A stretch of 64,000 bases of DNA from Longimicrobiales bacterium (lineage in GTDB: Bacteria > Gemmatimonadota > Gemmatimonadetes > Longimicrobiales > Gaopeijiaceae). Shown here in pieces: positions 58,777 to 64,000 of this stretch (positions are counted from its first letter, which is position 1; the number at the start of each line of letters is the position of its first letter). Made by a program: the position numbers and the translations under genes. Location: the NCBI GenBank assembly GCA_965248195.1, contig CBDFIQ010000002.1, forward strand, positions 704,001-768,000, written 5' to 3'. The notes beneath the pieces were generated by a model. The model saw only the letters and a list, made by a program, of their open reading frames with translations, had not been told where the DNA came from and did no database searches.

Positions 58777-58847
58777 CTATTCCGAGTGGGGTTGGGGTCC
58801 GAGGGGCGTGGCCTTAAACATAGTAAAACCTACGTCCGACAGGAGCA

Positions 58848-60917
58848 CTACCCTCCTACACCGAGTTGCTCCGCCAATGCGCTGGCGTCGAAGACGGGCG
58901 CCTTGCACGCATAGCGCTCACAAACGTAGGCGGCCGGCACCGTACCACGATCGCGCCCCTCGATTACAGGCAGCCTGTGGGGGAGGCCCTCGCCCGGAGC
59001 GGTGCCCGCGATGGTTCGGTTCGGAAGGTACGGGCGCAATGCCGCTTGGAGCAGCTCGAGCGTGCGGGAATCGTCGCGCGGGCCCACAATGGCGATCTCC
59101 ACGGGGTCGGCCACAGTCCGGTCGAGCCCTCCGAGCAAGCGGCCAAACGCTCCGGGGAAGCGGGCCATGAGTCCGGCCTCTCGATCGAGGACTCGATCGG
59201 CGATGTTCCGATGGTGCTCCTCTCCGAAAAGGTGCGCGCTCCGAATCAGAAGCTCGACGGCCAGGGAATTTCCGGACGGAGTGGCGTTGTCCATGAGGTC
59301 CCGCGCCCGGACGGCCAGCACCTCGCCGTCCTTGGGGCCGTCATGGAAGATGCCGTCCGTGTCGTCCCAAAAGAGATCGACGACGCGCTCGGTAATCCAC
59401 GCGGCCTCGTCCAGCCACCGAGGCTCGAGCGTCGCCTCATACACGCTGAGGATCGCATTGCCCACCCCGGCGTAGTCCTCCAGGAAAGCATCGATCCGTG
59501 CCCTGCCGTCTTTGTACGATCGCCGGAGCCGCCCATCCTCACGCATGCTCCCTAGCAGAAAATCGAGCCCGCTCACGGCTGCCTCACGAAATCGCGGCTG
59601 ATTCAACGCACCACCCGCCTCGGCCAGCGCTCGGATCGCCATTCCGTTCCAGCTCGCGAGGATCTTCTCGTCGCGGAAAGGCGCCTCTCGAAGTTTTCGG
59701 GCCTCCAACAGGATATGCTTCGCCCCCTGAAGCAGCTCTCGCAAAGGCTCGAGGCTCATACCCTCCCGCTTGGCGACCGCTCCGAGGTCGTGGGCCAGGT
59801 GGAGGATGTTGCTATTCTCGAAGTTGCCCTCCTCACTGACGTCGTAACAGCGCATGAAAAGATCGGCCACCTCCTTGTCGAGCAGCGCGCTGACCTCAGA
59901 GGGCGTCCAGACATAAAACGTCCCCTCCTCCCCCTCTGAATCTGCATCCAACGCCGAGTAGAATCCCCCCTCGGGCGCGCGCATGTCCGTGAGAAGGTGG
60001 TCCAGCGTGCCTTCGGCAACCCTCCGGAGCTCGGGATCGCCGGTGACCTGATGGGCGTTCAGGTACAACCGTCCGAGCAGGGCGTTGTCATACAGCATTT
60101 TCTCGAAATGGGGAACCAGCCAGCGGGCGTCAACGGAGTATCGGTGGAAGCCACCTGCCAGTTGATCGTGGATCCCGCCGCGGGCCATCGCGCCAAGCGT
60201 TCGCGTGACCATTTCCAACGCCTCGGGGTCGCCGGTGCGCGAATGCACCCGGAGGGCGAACTCCAGCGTCACCGGCTGTGGAAATTTGGGTGCCCCACCG
60301 AACCCGCCGTAGCGGGGGTCGAAACGCGACGCGAGGAAGCCGAACGCGTGATCGAGCAGAGCAGCGCCGGCGATCGTTTCGCCTTCCTTCGTTACCGGCC
60401 CTTCCGCCCGCTCCGCCGAGCTCTTTTCCAGCAGCCCCTTCAACTCCCCGGCATTTTGGACGATCTCCTCCCTCCGCTCGCCATAGGCGCCCCGGATCGA
60501 CTCGAGGATTTGGCGAAAGGAGGGCATATTTGGCCGGGGCTCGGGCGGAAAGTACGTCCCTCCGAAGAAGGGCTCTCCATCCGACGTGAGGAACGCCGTG
60601 AGCGGCCATCCCCCCTGTCCGGTCATGGCCTGGACGGCCTTCATGTAGATAGAGTCGATGTCGGGACGCTCCTCACGGTCCACCTTGATGTTGACGAAGG
60701 ACTCGTTCATCAGCTCGGCGGTGGTCGAGTCCTCGAACGATTCCCGCTCCATGACGTGGCACCAATGGCAGGCGGAGTAACCGATCGACAGCAGGACCGG
60801 GACATCTCTGCGCCGGGCCTCGTCGAACGCTTCGGCGCCCCAGGGGCGCCAGTCGACGGGGTTTTCGGCGTGCTGGAGCAGGTAGGGACTGGACTCTTCA
60901 GCTAAGCGATTCGACAC
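58848..60917 (-). CDS. Thioredoxin-domain protein, YyaL / DUF255 family
   Basis: [42 protein letters not shown]. Confidence 0.93.
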   Translation of the reverse strand: MSNRLAEESSPYLLQHAENPVDWRPWGAEAFDEARRRDVPVLLSIGYSACHWCHVMERESFEDSTTAELMNESFVNIKVDREERPDIDSIYMKAVQAMTGQGGWPLTAFLTSDGEPFFGGTYFPPEPRPNMPSFRQILESIRGAYGERREEIVQNAGELKGLLEKSSAERAEGPVTKEGETIAGAALLDHAFGFLASRFDPRYGGFGGAPKFPQPVTLEFALRVHSRTGDPEALEMVTRTLGAMARGGIHDQLAGGFHRYSVDARWLVPHFEKMLYDNALLGRLYLNAHQVTGDPELRRVAEGTLDHLLTDMRAPEGGFYSALDADSEGEEGTFYVWTPSEVSALLDKEVADLFMRCYDVSEEGNFENSNILHLAHDLGAVAKREGMSLEPLRELLQGAKHILLEARKLREAPFRDEKILASWNGMAIRALAEAGGALNQPRFREAAVSGLDFLLGSMREDGRLRRSYKDGRARIDAFLEDYAGVGNAILSVYEATLEPRWLDEAAWITERVVDLFWDDTDGIFHDGPKDGEVLAVRARDLMDNATPSGNSLAVELLIRSAHLFGEEHHRNIADRVLDREAGLMARFPGAFGRLLGGLDRTVADPVEIAIVGPRDDSRTLELLQAALRPYLPNRTIAGTAPGEGLPHRLPVIEGRDRGTVPAAYVCERYACKAPVFDASALAEQLGVGG

Positions 60918-61087
60918 TAATTTTCTCCCTGGCGATCGAACTCAGTATCATAACTCGGGCGGTTCGCGGGGACCAATGAGGAGGTCTTTCGGGTGAAAAT
61001 GCGGATCCAATATCATTGAATTGCCTTGGGGCGGGGGCTAAATTCTTACCGCACATATATTTTGGGGGCTCTGCCCGGGAACCAACT

Positions 61088-61369
61088 GTGAGAAACGGTT
61101 TGGGATCGTTTTACGTAAGGTTGGCGAGAGTCGCCATCCGACGGCCGTGGCTCATTCCCGCCATGTTGGGGGCGACGTGGGCGTTCAGGTCGAACCGGTG
61201 GTACCGAAGACCGCCCTTTTTACCCTTACCGTCCAAGGCCTATATGAGATGGCGTATGGAGACGGCGTACGGACAAGACATCACGGACGTACCCTCGGGG
61301 GATCTAGAGCGTTACCTCCGGTGGGGGTCCGACATGCGTAGGCGCATGAAGGAACGTGGAAAGTGGTAA
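61088..61369 (+). CDS. Small hypothetical protein
   Basis: WYRRPPFLPLPSKAYMRWRMETAYG; overlaps the next gene start; start uncertain. Confidence 0.7.
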   Translation: MRNGLGSFYVRLARVAIRRPWLIPAMLGATWAFRSNRWYRRPPFLPLPSKAYMRWRMETAYGQDITDVPSGDLERYLRWGSDMRRRMKERGKW

Positions 61370-61737
61370 CCAGGCTCATACTGCTGATCATCCTCGGCTT
61401 CGCGGCCGCGTTGTATTTTCCCGACAGCCGTCAGATGATGATCGACCTAACCATGCCCGTGATTCATCCCATGCTCGTCGGTTCGGCCGAGCGGGAAATG
61501 GATGCGTTGTCTCGAGCCGTGCGAAGGGAGGCCCGCGAGACGTACCAGCTTCCTCAGATACGCAGTTGGGATGCGTGGCTGGTGGCCAACTTCACCGATG
61601 ATGGCGCGACCGATCCGTGGGGCAAAACCTATTCTTACCGGGTTTGGCCCGATTCCTTCGCGATTCGATCGGATGGTCCAGATGGCGAGAGGGGAAACGG
61701 CGACGACCTCCGCACTTCTTGGCGCCGTCCTTTCTAG
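61363..61737 (+). CDS. GspG (type II secretion pseudopilin) C-terminal-like protein
   Basis: DPWG..Y.Y and IRSDGPDG..G.GDD motifs; N-terminal TM but no prepilin cleavage motif. Confidence 0.7.
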   Translation: MVTRLILLIILGFAAALYFPDSRQMMIDLTMPVIHPMLVGSAEREMDALSRAVRREARETYQLPQIRSWDAWLVANFTDDGATDPWGKTYSYRVWPDSFAIRSDGPDGERGNGDDLRTSWRRPF

Positions 61738-61776
61738 TATCCCCAACCCTCGATCGAGCCGAGCGCCGGCGCGCAC

Positions 61777-63669
61777 ATGATTGAGTGGATCGGCGCGAAT
61801 ATCGAGGTATACGGGCCGTGGCTGGTGGGTGGGATGGCGATGTTCGAAACCGCCCTGATCATAGGGCTGGTCCTACCCACTGAGCCCACCCTCATCGTGG
61901 CGACCGCCTTCGCCCTTCAAGGGCACTTCAGTTTCGGAGCTGTTGCTGGCGCGGCGGTTCTGGGTGCGGCGTTGGGCGATTCGGTCGGATTCATGGTTGG
62001 GCGCTGGGGAGGTCGCCGCGTACTCCGTGGCAGTGGCCGGGTCGCCCGGCTGGCCCGCAGACACCAGGACCGTGCCCTCGATCTCTTCGAGAAACACTCC
62101 GGATTTTCGGTGAGTTTGGCTCGAATGGTGCCGTTTGTGCGCACCCTCATGCCGCTCGTCGCCGGTTCTACGTCGGTGGCGTATCGGCGTTTCCTGGCCT
62201 ACGATCTCCTCGGGATCGCGGGGTGGGCGTTCGTCGGCTTGGGAATCGCCTACGCCGCTGCTCGTGGCTGGCAGATCGGAGTCGGAGCGATGGGCATGGG
62301 GTGGGCGACCATCGCAGGCGCAGCGCTCATCGCAGTGTTCCTGGGCATCAAGGGGCTTCTCCTCAAGGCCTCCGGCGTGGGGGATACCGTATCCGTGGGA
62401 CTGACCGGGAACATCGCTGCCGGTAAGTCGACCGTATCCGCTTTTTGGAAAGACGCTGGCGTTCCGGTTGCAAGCGCCGATGAGCTGGCGCGCGTCGTGG
62501 TCGAGCCGGGCTCCCCTGGTCTCTCCGCCGTGGTCGATGCCTTCGGCGAAAACATTCTGGAAGCCGATGGTTCATTGAACCGGGGCGCGCTTTCGTCTGT
62601 CGTTTTCCAGGACGAGGAGGCCCGGCACCGGCTGGAGGCCATCCTTCACCCCCGCATCCGGGTCCTCCGGGACCGGTGGATGCGCAAGCGCATCGCCGGC
62701 CAGGAGGCGATCTGCGTATCGGAAATCCCGCTACTGTTCGAGGTCGGGCTCGAAGGCGATTTCGACGCCACGGTCGTCGTTGATGCGTCCGAGAGCATTC
62801 GGTTCGACCGCCTCCGTGAGACGCGGGGACTCAGTGCCGAGAAGGCCCAGACCATTATGGAAGCCCAGATGGATCCGGCAATCAAGCGGGCACGGGCCAC
62901 GCATCTACTCATCAATGATGGGGCCCTCCCGGCGCTGGAGGACCGATCCCTGGAGGTGCTCGACGACCTACGGAGGAATGCAGTGGTGCGATCCCAGCCA
63001 AAGGAGGGTCGCCTGCGGATCGACATGCACATGCATACACAAGCCTCCTTCGACTGTCTGTCAGACCCGCGGCGCGTGATGGCTGCCGCAGTTGCCAGAG
63101 GGATCCAGCGCATCGCGATCACGGATCACAACCGTGTCACCACGGCGTTGGAGATGGCGGATGCGTACCCGGACTCGGTGATCCCCGGTGAGGAGGTCAA
63201 GACGAAAGAGGGTATCGACGTCATCGGGCTGTACATCGAGGAGGAGATCCCGAAGGGAACGCCCGCCAGGGAAGTATGCCGCAGGGTGAAGGACCAGGGA
63301 GGGCTCGTTTACTTGCCGCACCCCTATGCGCGGGGAAAGGGGGCGGCCGGCCGGTACGCGGAGGAGCTCGCCCCACTAGTGGACATCATCGAGGTCTTCA
63401 ACGCGAGGCTACATCCGGGGCACCTCAATGAGCCTGGAGAGGAGCTGGCCGCTCGCTGGTCCAAGCCGAGGGGTGCGGGCTCCGACGCCCATATGCTGGG
63501 TGAAGTAGCGGGTGCATGGGTGGAGGTTGGCCAACACCCCAACGAACCCACGGCCCTTCTCGCGGCGCTTGAACATGCGCAGGTCCGTGGGGTCACAACG
63601 CCATGGGCGGTCCATCTCGCCTCGACCTGGGCAAAGGTCAGGAAGCGTCTGCCGCGTGCGCCGGATTAG
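61777..63669 (+). CDS. coaE: Triple fusion: DedA membrane domain + dephospho-CoA kinase + PHP phosphoesterase
   Basis: GDSVGFMVGR and ARMVPFVRT (DedA); GLTGNIAAGKST, LEAILHP, EIPLLFE (CoaE); DMHMHT, ITDHN, HPY, GSDAH (PHP); one 630-aa frame. Confidence 0.88.
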   Translation: MIEWIGANIEVYGPWLVGGMAMFETALIIGLVLPTEPTLIVATAFALQGHFSFGAVAGAAVLGAALGDSVGFMVGRWGGRRVLRGSGRVARLARRHQDRALDLFEKHSGFSVSLARMVPFVRTLMPLVAGSTSVAYRRFLAYDLLGIAGWAFVGLGIAYAAARGWQIGVGAMGMGWATIAGAALIAVFLGIKGLLLKASGVGDTVSVGLTGNIAAGKSTVSAFWKDAGVPVASADELARVVVEPGSPGLSAVVDAFGENILEADGSLNRGALSSVVFQDEEARHRLEAILHPRIRVLRDRWMRKRIAGQEAICVSEIPLLFEVGLEGDFDATVVVDASESIRFDRLRETRGLSAEKAQTIMEAQMDPAIKRARATHLLINDGALPALEDRSLEVLDDLRRNAVVRSQPKEGRLRIDMHMHTQASFDCLSDPRRVMAAAVARGIQRIAITDHNRVTTALEMADAYPDSVIPGEEVKTKEGIDVIGLYIEEEIPKGTPAREVCRRVKDQGGLVYLPHPYARGKGAAGRYAEELAPLVDIIEVFNARLHPGHLNEPGEELAARWSKPRGAGSDAHMLGEVAGAWVEVGQHPNEPTALLAALEHAQVRGVTTPWAVHLASTWAKVRKRLPRAPD

Positions 63670-63705
63670 AGAAGGCTGTTGGAAGGCTGTTGAAGAAAGG
63701 GATGC

Positions 63706-64000
63706 ATGACGTATCAAACGGCTGAGACCAGGTTCGAGACGATCGACGCCGTCCTGACGGCGTTGCGCGGCAAGGAAACAGCGGTTCTGACCACACATAT
63801 CAACGGCGACGGCGATGGGTGTGGGTCTGAGATCGCGTTGGCGGCGTGGCTCCGGGAGCTGGGCACCGAGGCGTTCATCGTGAATCCGACACCGGTTCCG
63901 CGATCCTTCCAGTTCCTCATATCCGACGAATCGTGGGTCGTGGATTCGACGTCGGCGGAGGCGCAAGAACTCTGTGACGGCGCGGATGTCGCAGTCGTTC
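63706..64000 (+). CDS. DHH-family phosphoesterase (NrnA-like), 5' part
   Basis: Own translation from ATG 63706: ...VLTTHINGDGDGCGSEIAL..., runs off the window; absent from the ORF track. Confidence 0.85.
   Translation, partial: MTYQTAETRFETIDAVLTALRGKETAVLTTHINGDGDGCGSEIALAAWLRELGTEAFIVNPTPVPRSFQFLISDESWVVDSTSAEAQELCDGADVAVV

Noticed and set aside
61363..61737. Type II secretion or type IV pilus locus
   Set aside because: Only a lone GspG-like C-terminal domain, no prepilin motif and no other secretion genes
1..64000. Numerous long antisense or alternative-frame ORFs in the ORF track; rRNA, tRNA, prophage or defence genes
   Set aside because: Shadow ORFs are expected in GC-rich DNA and lack motifs; no RNA-gene, phage or defence-system signatures were recognised by eye

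Overview
GC-rich bacterial chromosomal window with about 50 genes and no rRNA, tRNA or CRISPR array visible. Gene content (many exported beta-propeller and metalloprotease proteins, Ser/Thr kinases with RYAIERELGEGGMA-type N-termini, DUF2723, fused 2-oxoacid dehydrogenase E1) suggests a Gemmatimonadota-like organism; this is inference only. Main points: (1) a hidden exported peroxiredoxin (19707-20282, minus strand) with an in-frame UGA at the peroxidatic Cys position and a bacterial SECIS-like hairpin, i.e. a probable selenoprotein, convergent with a CcdA-TlpA pair; (2) a riboswitch-like structured leader in front of a folB-folKP folate cassette; (3) a Tat-exported PaoABC-like molybdoenzyme operon extended by a di-haem cytochrome b and a small unknown protein; (4) a possible lysine-pipecolate-2-aminoadipate gene set that is decaying (IS256 insertion, frameshift, inserted block of kinase and methyltransferase fragments); (5) two apparently identical IS256 copies, each with its own target duplication, one hiding a 74-aa zinc-finger membrane protein gene; (6) a 301-bp structured MITE plus several solo copies of its end; (7) a DedA-CoaE-PHP triple fusion next to a DHH phosphoesterase. 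All calls come from motif recognition by eye; no database search was run.
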